The notes under the pieces: generated by a model
The model's database searches: none
Seen by the model: the letters and a program-made list of their open reading frames with translations, nothing else
Told to the model about the DNA's origin: nothing
Translations under genes and position numbers: made by a program
IMG/VR virus record: IMGVR_UViG_3300022561_001209
Length of the DNA stretch: 27,749 nucleotides
Origin: a virus
Lineage: Duplodnaviria; Heunggongvirae; Uroviricota; Caudoviricetes
Direction: 5' to 3' (one strand)
Shown: piece after piece, positions 16,901 to 24,224 of the stretch
Layout of the letters: each line of letters opens with the position of its first letter
Numbering within the stretch: the stretch's first letter is position 1

Positions 16901-16929
16901 ATTATAACATTAAATACATCGTTTGTCAA
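16901..16929 (-). promoter_or_regulatory. sigmaA consensus promoter with extended -10
   Basis: TTGACA (16929-16924), 17 bp, TATAAT (16906-16901), TGn, A-tracts upstream. Confidence 0.9.
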
Positions 16930-17112
16930 CTATTTTATTAACTTTTTTTAAACTTTATTTAATAATTTTTTTCTTTAAACTTAAATCTAAAATAACCATA
17001 AAATCAACTCAAACCCCACAATCTCAATATAAAAAGCTTGTCTATTATCATTTAATATATTAACTCAATCTCAATTTAAAATTCAAATGCAAACGCTTTC
17101 TTTTTATAAATA

Positions 17113-17150
17113 AAATAAAGACTATCATTTTAATACAGTAGTCTTTATTT
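17113..17150 (-). terminator. Intrinsic terminator
   Basis: AAATAAAGACTA/TAGTCTTTATTT inverted repeat just downstream of the 17160 stop, followed by T-rich sequence. Confidence 0.65.
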
Positions 17151-17159
17151 CTTTTGTAA

Positions 17160-17513
17160 CTATTTAGCTTTTTTATTCCATCCTTTAAACGCTTTAATCC
17201 ATTCCTCTACCATTAAAACTTCTTCAGTATAAACCTCTTTATCTTTACCCTTAAATTCGTAGCATTCCTTGGCTTTGTCCGAACTAAATACTGGGTCATC
17301 GTTTTTCATATAACCTATTAATCCATACTTACTTTCATCAAATAATCCATAAATTCCTCTTAATCCTATTTTTACTCAATCCTCATATGTATAATCCGCT
17401 TTATCGTCTTTATTCTCCCAAACTTCGCTTTCAAAGAAAAATACAGTTAAATTTTCTGATTCCTCTCCAACTCTTTGTAAGTCATAACCGTTTGCTTCGA
17501 TTTCTCTTTTCAT
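17160..17513 (-). pseudogene. 117-codon gene with one in-frame TGA
   Basis: AGGAGG RBS and ATG 17513: MKREIEANGYDLQRVGEESENLTVFFFESEVWENKDDKADYTYED[TGA 17378-17376]VKIGLRGIYGLFDESKYG...WIKAFKGWNKKAK, TAG 17162-17160, then a terminator. Absent from the ORF track. Confidence 0.8.
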
Positions 17514-17630
17514 ATAAAATCCTCCTATATATTATAGATAGTTTATTTCATTTCCAAAACCCTCTAAATCGCTTATAAATATACTTTTTCTTATCTCTCA
17601 TGCCTTTTCACTAATTAATTTATTAAACTC

Positions 17631-17659
17631 ACTATATCGCACAATTTCAATCTCGTCAA
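17631..17659 (-). promoter_or_regulatory. sigmaA-like promoter
   Basis: TTGACG, 17 bp, TATAGT, with phased A-tracts upstream. Confidence 0.7.
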
Positions 17660-17786
17660 CTCTTTTTTAAACTTTTTTAAATACTAATATTAATACACTT
17701 TGGAGATGAATGTATTATAATTATTCATAAAGAGACTCTTATATCTCATAAATATTCATAAATTTAACTTGATTTCACAAGAATAA

Positions 17787-17823
17787 AAAATACTATGAAT
17801 AATTTTCTTATCTATAGTATTTT
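17787..17823 (-). terminator. Intrinsic terminator
   Basis: AAAATACTAT/ATAGTATTTT inverted repeat with a T-run on the minus strand, downstream of the 30-aa ORF. Confidence 0.6.
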
Positions 17824-17836
17824 AAATATTAAATGT

Positions 17837-17929
17837 CTATTCCTTCTGAATATACTCGATTATTGCCTGTTCCTTAGCTTTTTCCTTTTCTTTTCCTTTT
17901 TCACTCTTGAATAAATCAAATATTTCCAT
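17837..17929 (-). CDS. Small charged peptide (30 aa)
   Basis: MEIFDLFKSEKGKEKEKAKEQAIIEYIQKE lies between motif copy 3 and a terminator; weak RBS. Confidence 0.45.
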   Translation of the reverse strand: MEIFDLFKSEKGKEKEKAKEQAIIEYIQKE

Positions 17930-17963
17930 ATTTTTATCTTCACTTTTATTCAAATCTCAATCT

Positions 17964-18011
17964 CTATAGTTACTAGTATGTAGAATTAAAACAGGTTAAA
18001 TATTTGTACAA
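17964..18011 (-). promoter_or_regulatory. Phage-specific promoter-like motif, copy 3
   Basis: Minus strand TTGTACAAATATTTAACCTGTTTTAATTCTACATACTAGTAACTATAG; same spacing of ACAAAT, AACC, TTAA and ATACTAGTAACTATAG. Confidence 0.65.
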
Positions 18012-18032
18012 TATACTTAACCCGTCACATCA

Positions 18033-20168
18033 CTATTTTACTTTATCTACATGAATTGAACTATGTTTTACTCTATCACGTTCTTCTGCACGTTTACTGT
18101 CATTAAATCGTTCTACAGTACCTACAAGATAACCGGTAATGCGTCTGATTCTATCAAATGGTATTTTATATGTTATATCCTTAAGCTGTATTTTACCACC
18201 TTCCCTATAAACTAATCTTTGATTTTCGTTTCTTCCACAATAAGGACATGTGTCATTTATTACTCCTGTATAACCACATTCAGGGTCTCTATCTACTGGA
18301 TGGTTTACACTGAAATATCCCATATCGCTTTCTACTGCAAATTTTATTATATTCATGAATGCTTCTATATTATTTGTAGTATCACCATCTAATTCTACAT
18401 ATCCTATATGTCCTGCATTTTCATATTTATGGTATGGTGCTTCTAATGCTATTTTATCGTGTACTGATATTTTATAATGAACAGGAATATGTGAACTGTT
18501 TGTATAATACTCTCTGTCTGTTACACCTTTTATTTCTCCATAAACTTTATTGTCTATTCTCGTAAATCTACCTGACAATCCTTCTGCAGGTGTAGCTAAT
18601 AATGTAAAGTTTAAATGATATTTTTCAGTTGCATCATCTAGTTTCTTTCTCATAAATTCTATTATTTCTAATCCTAATTCTTGGTACTCTTTTCCTTCTC
18701 CATGATGATGCCCAGTTAATGCTACTAAACATTCTGCTAGTCCTATGAAACCACAGCTTATACTACCATTCTTAAGTCCTTCGAATAATTCATCATCAGG
18801 TCCTAAATCATCTGTCCCACGCATTATATGTTGACCTACTAAGAATGGAAAATTCCTCATTCTCTTACCACCTTGATATAAGTATCTTTCGTACAATTGC
18901 TCTATTACTAATTCTATTACTTCACTTAGTTCTTCATAAAACCCTTTTAAATCTGTCTTATCTCTTTCTCCTAAGCATATACCATGTTTAATTCCTAATC
19001 TTGGAAGGTTTACACTCGTAAATGAATTATTACCTCTACCTGTTACTATTGATTCTCCGTTTATATTTCCTATTACACGTGTTCTACATCCCATACTTAC
19101 TGCTTCTGTCTCAGGTCTTCCTGGAACATAATATGTTATATTGAATGATGCGTCTATATTCACGAAATTTGGGAATAATCTCTTAGCTGATACTTCACAA
19201 GCTAATCTGAATAAATCATAGTTTTTGTCTTCTTCATAATAGTTTATTCCCTTTTTAATCTTAAATACTGATATTGGAAATATTGGAGTTTCTCCATGTC
19301 CTAATCCCTTGTAATTTGATAGCAAATAATTCTTTGTTACCATTCTTCCTTCAGGTGATGTATCTGTTCCGAAGTTTATACTAGAAAATGGTACTTGACT
19401 TCCCGCTCTGGAGTGAAGTGTATTCATATTATGAATGAATGCCTCCATTGCTTGATATGTATGTTTATCAGTTTCATCTAATGAACGTTTAAGTGCAAAT
19501 TTAGTTAATTTTGTACCTTTCACATCTACAAATGTTTTTACAATTTCTTTCAACTTATTTTGTTCGTCTTCCGTAAATTCTATACTTCTTATTTCACCGT
19601 ATTTATTCAGTATTTCTTTTGCTTGTAATAAAGCATCTTCATATTCTTTATCGAATTCGATTTCTATATATTTTTCTATGTTGTCTCTTAGACATTTCTT
19701 GAATGTCTTCAAAACTCCTGGTGCCATGTAATAATCGAACGCCGGAATTGATTGGCCCCCATGTTCTTCATTCTGGTTACTTTGAATTGCTATGGCTGCT
19801 AATGCTGCGTAACTTCTAATATCATTTGGCTCGCGTAAATATCCATGTCCTGTATTAAATCCACCTTTAAATAGTTTACCTAAATCTATTTGGGAGCACG
19901 TGGTGGTGCCCATGGCGTAGAAATCTAGGTCGTGTATATGGATGGTGCCATTATCGTGTGCCTGTGAAAATTTATGCTTTATTAGTCTATCCTTACTTAA
20001 TTCTTTAGAAACTATACTACCAAACTCTAGCATAGTTCCCATTGATGTATTACCATCTATATTTGCATTCTCTCTTTTAGAATCTTCTTCATCTGATGAT
20101 ACTGTAGCTAAGTTTTTTAAGTTATCTATCAGTTTTTCAAATCTTGAATCTTTTTCTTTCTCTGACAC
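18033..20168 (-). CDS. nrdD: Anaerobic (class III) ribonucleoside-triphosphate reductase, lacking the N-terminal ATP-cone
   Basis: HIHDLD, TTCSQID, GGQS, QVPFSSINFG, SMGCRT (thiyl Cys), ATPAEG, YYTNS, GHI, Zn ribbon DPEC...CPYC, glycyl-radical loop RITGYL; GTG start behind GGAGGT. Confidence 0.97.
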   Translation of the reverse strand: MSEKEKDSRFEKLIDNLKNLATVSSDEEDSKRENANIDGNTSMGTMLEFGSIVSKELSKDRLIKHKFSQAHDNGTIHIHDLDFYAMGTTTCSQIDLGKLFKGGFNTGHGYLREPNDIRSYAALAAIAIQSNQNEEHGGQSIPAFDYYMAPGVLKTFKKCLRDNIEKYIEIEFDKEYEDALLQAKEILNKYGEIRSIEFTEDEQNKLKEIVKTFVDVKGTKLTKFALKRSLDETDKHTYQAMEAFIHNMNTLHSRAGSQVPFSSINFGTDTSPEGRMVTKNYLLSNYKGLGHGETPIFPISVFKIKKGINYYEEDKNYDLFRLACEVSAKRLFPNFVNIDASFNITYYVPGRPETEAVSMGCRTRVIGNINGESIVTGRGNNSFTSVNLPRLGIKHGICLGERDKTDLKGFYEELSEVIELVIEQLYERYLYQGGKRMRNFPFLVGQHIMRGTDDLGPDDELFEGLKNGSISCGFIGLAECLVALTGHHHGEGKEYQELGLEIIEFMRKKLDDATEKYHLNFTLLATPAEGLSGRFTRIDNKVYGEIKGVTDREYYTNSSHIPVHYKISVHDKIALEAPYHKYENAGHIGYVELDGDTTNNIEAFMNIIKFAVESDMGYFSVNHPVDRDPECGYTGVINDTCPYCGRNENQRLVYREGGKIQLKDITYKIPFDRIRRITGYLVGTVERFNDSKRAEERDRVKHSSIHVDKVK

Positions 20169-20183
20169 TTTGTTACCTCCTGT

Positions 20184-20489
20184 TTAATTTGTAACTACAC
20201 AGTCAAATAATTCATCATTTATGTATAGTTCAATTTTGTCTGTATGTTCTAAATTTTCTGATTCTTCTACTACTTCAAGGTCAAATTGATTTATGTATAA
20301 GTATTCTGATAGTTTTCCTGCAAAACACATTTCTCCGTCTTCATCACATACCTCTATATTTATATCTATTGCTGTTTCCTCAATAAAAGTTCTCTGATTA
20401 TCACTTAGTTCACTAAAATATGCTTCTTCTGCATATTTGTCGTATGTACATACATAACCACCTACTATCTTATCAATTACACTTGACAT
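20184..20489 (-). CDS. Hypothetical protein
   Basis: 101-aa ORF with GGAGGT RBS. Confidence 0.7.
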   Translation of the reverse strand: MSSVIDKIVGGYVCTYDKYAEEAYFSELSDNQRTFIEETAIDINIEVCDEDGEMCFAGKLSEYLYINQFDLEVVEESENLEHTDKIELYINDELFDCVVTN

Positions 20490-20614
20490 TTTTTTACCTC
20501 CAACTTTAAATTTTTAAAATAATAATTACTTATAACAATTCGCAAAATGTTCTGGTCCAACGTTCTCATAAACTCCAACCTCAAATTTTATACCAAAATG
20601 TATGATTAAAATAA

Positions 20615-20641
20615 AAAACACTACTGAATAAGTAGTGTTTT
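20615..20641 (-). terminator. Intrinsic terminator
   Basis: AAAACACTACT-5 nt-AGTAGTGTTTT hairpin plus a T-run. Confidence 0.85.
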
Positions 20642-20648
20642 ATCTTAT

Positions 20649-20831
20649 TTAGTTATCCTCTACTATTTTAAACTCTAAATCATATTGAGGATATTCGTCT
20701 ACCAGTCTTATTATCCATTTTTTCATGTCTTTTTTCTTACCTTGCACTATCTCACCAGTATTTGTTTCGTAAATTCTTATTACTTTACTTCCATGTATTC
20801 CGTCTAATATTTTTAATTTTTCTTCACACAT
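20649..20831 (-). CDS. Hypothetical protein
   Basis: 60-aa ORF with GAGGGT RBS. Confidence 0.6.
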   Translation of the reverse strand: MCEEKLKILDGIHGSKVIRIYETNTGEIVQGKKKDMKKWIIRLVDEYPQYDLEFKIVEDN

Positions 20832-20832
20832 T

Positions 20833-21615
20833 TTATTTACCCTCTAATACTGTATTTATAACCATATTCACATTTTCAGGTTCAAAATAGTCTTTTACCC
20901 ACTCTTTATATTCTTCAACTTCTTTACTAAAGTCTTTACAATCTCTTTTGTATAACTCTAACATTCTAGTCATATATTCAGTGTCCTTGTTGCAACCTAA
21001 TAATTGTTCAATTATATATCCAATGTTATTTGATTCAATCTTGTTGTCTTCTACAAACCATTTATTCCAAAATATATTCATTGTTTTATCTTTTAGTTCA
21101 TCTATCAACTTATTATGTCTTTCATATAATTCTGTATTTTCGTTACCCTCTCTAACACCACTTATATATTCTTCAAATAAATCTCTTGTATATCTAAACT
21201 CTTCACTTTTAAAATATCCGGTTTTTACATATTTATCGTAATCTTCCACTATTTTATGTAAGTCTTCTATGCTATGTATGTTTAGAACGCTACCATGATT
21301 GTCAATTACAATTGTATCAATTTGTATTACTTCATTAAATTCTTCTAAATTATAACTTCCCTGTAACTTTCCATCTTCTATCACATGCACTACGTACCCT
21401 TCTCCCTCATAGTTCCAACTGTAATCGAATACTATGAAGTTTTTACCATAGTTATAAATGCAACTTCTGTAAGGTACTTCATCTCCTGTTTTATATCCAT
21501 CTAACATTCCGCCCATACTACTTATTTCCACTCTGTTTTCGTATTCATCTATGTGTGTTGTGCTTACTGGAAAACATTTAACTTGCTCTCCATTTAAATA
21601 ATTGTACATTCCCAT
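20833..21615 (-). CDS. Hypothetical protein
   Basis: 260-aa ORF with GGGAG RBS. Confidence 0.75.
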   Translation of the reverse strand: MGMYNYLNGEQVKCFPVSTTHIDEYENRVEISSMGGMLDGYKTGDEVPYRSCIYNYGKNFIVFDYSWNYEGEGYVVHVIEDGKLQGSYNLEEFNEVIQIDTIVIDNHGSVLNIHSIEDLHKIVEDYDKYVKTGYFKSEEFRYTRDLFEEYISGVREGNENTELYERHNKLIDELKDKTMNIFWNKWFVEDNKIESNNIGYIIEQLLGCNKDTEYMTRMLELYKRDCKDFSKEVEEYKEWVKDYFEPENVNMVINTVLEGK

Positions 21616-21629
21616 GTAATTTTATCTCC

Positions 21630-21716
21630 CTATTTTATAATTCTTAAATCTCTAAAAAATATTATATTCAGTATGCAAACAACTACTGTTATCAATGATA
21701 ATATCCCTCTAATCAT
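21630..21716 (-). CDS. Putative 28-aa single-helix membrane peptide
   Basis: MIRGILSLITVVVCILNIIFFRDLRIIK; hydrophobic core and basic tail; the stop overlaps the next RBS; own RBS weak. Confidence 0.4.
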   Translation of the reverse strand: MIRGILSLITVVVCILNIIFFRDLRIIK

Positions 21717-21731
21717 TGTTTACCGTTCAAC

Positions 21732-21752
21732 ATAACTTATAAAAAGTTATAA
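21732..21752. repeat. Downstream end repeat of the IscB element (inverted copy)
   Basis: ATAACTTATAAAAAGTTATAA, the exact reverse complement of 23282-23302, nested in a larger GTTCAA...TTGAAC hairpin (21725-21759). Confidence 0.85.
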
Positions 21753-21779
21753 ATTGAACTCCCTCCTTTTATTTTCTTT

Positions 21780-23021
21780 TTATATTATACTTATTCCTTT
21801 TTCTGAACCTATCTTTCTTAAACTTCTTGGTGATACTGGTCCGTATTTATTTCCTTTATAATCTTTTAATTTGTAATAACCCGCTAATGTCCCACTTTGT
21901 AAAATTGCATTTACGTAACACTCTATTTTCTTCCTGTATTTTAGTGTGTAATATACTCTGTCACCTTGAACTATCTCTAATTCTTTATCTATTTTACATT
22001 TTTGCTTCTTTCTTAATGGCTTTACTGTGTATTCATAAATATCTAACTTTGTTGGTTTTAATCCTGTAATTACTATACCATCATTACTATGACTTTTTTC
22101 TATATTCCAATCTATTCGTTTGTTTGCTGTCGTTCCACCATCTGTCTTTTCTACTTCTCTTACTATCTTTCCTAATTCTTTGTACAAATAATTCTTTCCT
22201 TGCATTACATGCATTGCATATCTTAATCCTACTTGCCTACCATTTATTTTATTATAAAATATTATCTTGTAATCATCTTCTTTTCCTGTCACTTTTGTAT
22301 GACAGTTGCTACATAAAGTTATTAAGTTATCCAATGTATTTTCACCGTTTTGTCTTTTTGGTGTTATATGATGTGCTTCTAATCTTGTCTCTACTGCACC
22401 ACACATTTGACACGTAAACTTATCTCTCATTAATACTGCTTTTCTTGTATTTTCATCTAACCTATAAGTGTTTTGATATTCCCATTTATATGGTTTATAA
22501 CCACTTGTTAATACATGTATATCAAATGAAACATCTTCTACTATTACTTTATTTATATCTAGTAATTTTAATAATTTATTTATAAATCTTATTATTTCAT
22601 CTTGTCTTGTTTTTATTGAAGGTGGTAATCTACCTTCTTTTTTACTACTACCTCTATTATCAAATCTGGCTTGCCTATATCTTTTTTCTGCCCTTCTTAA
22701 TTTTCTATAATTTTTTCTTTGCTCCATTAACTTACTTACATCTTTTCTATGCTTTATTTCACCTTTAAATATTACTTTATTTCTTGTTTTGCATTTTTGA
22801 ACTATACCTACACCAGTTGTTTCACCTACATCTAATCCTACGTAAATGTTACTATTGTCTGTATTGTCTACCTTATAATTTAATTGAATTATCATAGGTT
22901 TTAGTTGTATTAATTTTGCGTTACCTTTTCTTATCTTATACCATGCTTTTTCTTCTTTTGTTGTGGATAACTTAATACCCCTATTATCTAGTACAAAAGC
23001 ATATCTCTGGTTTTCTTTCAT
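21780..23021 (-). CDS. iscB: RNA-guided endonuclease IscB (RRXRR, split RuvC, HNH)
   Basis: N-terminal AFVLDNRGIKLSTT (PLMP-like), RuvC-I VGLDVG, bridge helix RKNYRKLRR, RLPPS, RuvC-II VEDVSFD, HNH CQMC...HHI...N...LCSNCH, RuvC-III KSHSND. Confidence 0.95.
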   Translation of the reverse strand: MKENQRYAFVLDNRGIKLSTTKEEKAWYKIRKGNAKLIQLKPMIIQLNYKVDNTDNSNIYVGLDVGETTGVGIVQKCKTRNKVIFKGEIKHRKDVSKLMEQRKNYRKLRRAEKRYRQARFDNRGSSKKEGRLPPSIKTRQDEIIRFINKLLKLLDINKVIVEDVSFDIHVLTSGYKPYKWEYQNTYRLDENTRKAVLMRDKFTCQMCGAVETRLEAHHITPKRQNGENTLDNLITLCSNCHTKVTGKEDDYKIIFYNKINGRQVGLRYAMHVMQGKNYLYKELGKIVREVEKTDGGTTANKRIDWNIEKSHSNDGIVITGLKPTKLDIYEYTVKPLRKKQKCKIDKELEIVQGDRVYYTLKYRKKIECYVNAILQSGTLAGYYKLKDYKGNKYGPVSPRSLRKIGSEKGISII

Positions 23022-23309
23022 AGGATTTCTCCAACCTTCCTAAAAGTATTTTCCTTCTTGTCAATGTCAACGATAAGTTCATGTTAAATTGGGGTTAGGT
23101 TTTCATATAACCTCTGTATCAAGGCTACTTAGGTTTACTTTCTTCCTCAAAAACTCTTAGAGCTTCAGACTGATGGATACATCCAAAGGTAAGTGTTTAA
23201 CTTCTTTCACTAACGTAGTTCATTGTGCGTCTCAGTTTCCTGTAGCTGCACTCACTCTGACTTGAAACCACTAACAATTACTTATAACTTTTTATAAGTT
23301 ATTCTTAAC
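23022..23309 (-). ncRNA. omega RNA (HEARO-like) of IscB
   Basis: Non-coding leader upstream of iscB with the CTACGTT motif (23218-23212), an ACCTTTGGATGT...CAGTCTGAAGCTCT segment and a 5' hairpin, typical of IscB omega RNAs. Confidence 0.85.
23282..23302. repeat. Upstream end repeat of the IscB element
   Basis: TTATAACTTTTTATAAGTTAT; internal hairpin ATAACTT/AAGTTAT. Confidence 0.85.
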
Positions 23310-23323
23310 TGTTAAAAGCCCCT

Positions 23324-23506
23324 TTATTCATTCAAGCCTAATTTATCTGCTATAGAATTAAGTGCTTTTGTAAGTTTACATTCTTCACAATTCATATTTT
23401 TCTTATTTTGCATTTCTTGAAATGCACATCCACTTTCACATGGGTTTGTCCAAAGTACCTCGTCTAATGCCCTTATTTCTGTATCAGTTAATTCTATTGT
23501 TTTCAT
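23324..23506 (-). CDS. Small Cys-containing hypothetical protein
   Basis: 60 aa, CxxxC...CxxC; AGGAG RBS. Confidence 0.65.
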   Translation of the reverse strand: MKTIELTDTEIRALDEVLWTNPCESGCAFQEMQNKKNMNCEECKLTKALNSIADKLGLNE

Positions 23507-23520
23507 TTTACTCCTACCCC

Positions 23521-24213
23521 CTATCTAAACTCTATTATATCTTGAAACATGAATCTCATTTTATCTATTACTTTGTTACCATGAAAATGTCCACAATACC
23601 ACTTTTCATAAACTAATCTGTCTTCTACTGTATCTAGCCATTTTTCTGTATTTCTATCTACTTTACTTTGTTCTGTTATATCTAAAAACCACTCTCTAGG
23701 CTCGTACTTCTCAGGACAAGTATGTGTCATTACTACATCTACTTTCCAATTTACCTTATCTAACTGTTCTTCAACGTATTTCTTAGTTTCCTCTGATGGT
23801 TGTTCATCCTCAAACCATTTCCAACCTCGTTCAAGTCTGTAATATTTATCTACTGAATATGCTCCACCTATTATTATACACTTCTTTCCATCAAAGTCGT
23901 AAATTTCCCCGTCCTTAGCAAATATTAAATTAGGATAATTATATTCTATAAAAGCTTTTCCACCATGATAGTTTATTTCAGTATAACCCTGTACACCCTT
24001 AGGATATAAGTCATGATTTCCTTTTATACAGAATAATTTTATGTTTAATCCAGACAACATATCTTTTGCCATCCTATCTCTCACATCTCTGAAGAAATTT
24101 ATTCCTACGTCACCTAATATTATTAGTGTATCCTCTTTACTTGTATTATAATCTTTGCAGAATTGTTTAATTCCTCCGAATATACTATGTTTATCCCCTG
24201 TTATAAAAATCAT
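23521..24213 (-). CDS. Calcineurin-like metallophosphoesterase
   Basis: ITGDKH, LGDVG, KGNHD, THT and GHFH motifs. Confidence 0.92.
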   Translation of the reverse strand: MIFITGDKHSIFGGIKQFCKDYNTSKEDTLIILGDVGINFFRDVRDRMAKDMLSGLNIKLFCIKGNHDLYPKGVQGYTEINYHGGKAFIEYNYPNLIFAKDGEIYDFDGKKCIIIGGAYSVDKYYRLERGWKWFEDEQPSEETKKYVEEQLDKVNWKVDVVMTHTCPEKYEPREWFLDITEQSKVDRNTEKWLDTVEDRLVYEKWYCGHFHGNKVIDKMRFMFQDIIEFR

Positions 24214-24224
24214 ACTATCACCTA

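Larger units (their letters stand above)
21725..23309 (-). mobile_element. Non-autonomous IS200/IS605-type IscB (OMEGA) element
   Basis: iscB plus an upstream ~290-nt omega-RNA region, with hairpin ends on both sides; no tnpA in the window. Exact boundaries are approximate. Confidence 0.8.

Noticed and set aside
17536-17665. Protein-like frame RVDEIEIVRYSEFNKLISEKA[TGA]EIRKSIF…
   Set aside because: It has no RBS or start codon and overlaps a good sigmaA promoter; most likely coincidental.
16617-18032. CRISPR array or tRNA genes in the long intergenic region
   Set aside because: No regularly spaced repeat-spacer units and no cloverleaf with T-loop/CCA features were seen; the region is explained by promoters, terminators, small ORFs and the ncRNA candidate.
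18033-20168. Intron or intein in nrdD
   Set aside because: The frame is continuous, the length is consistent with a cone-less NrdD, and no intein splice motifs are apparent.
20477-20569. 30-aa ORF MRTLDQNILRIVISNYYFKNLKLEVKKCQV upstream of the 20184 gene
   Set aside because: It has a plausible RBS but overlaps the RBS and start of the next gene and has no motif; too weak to call.
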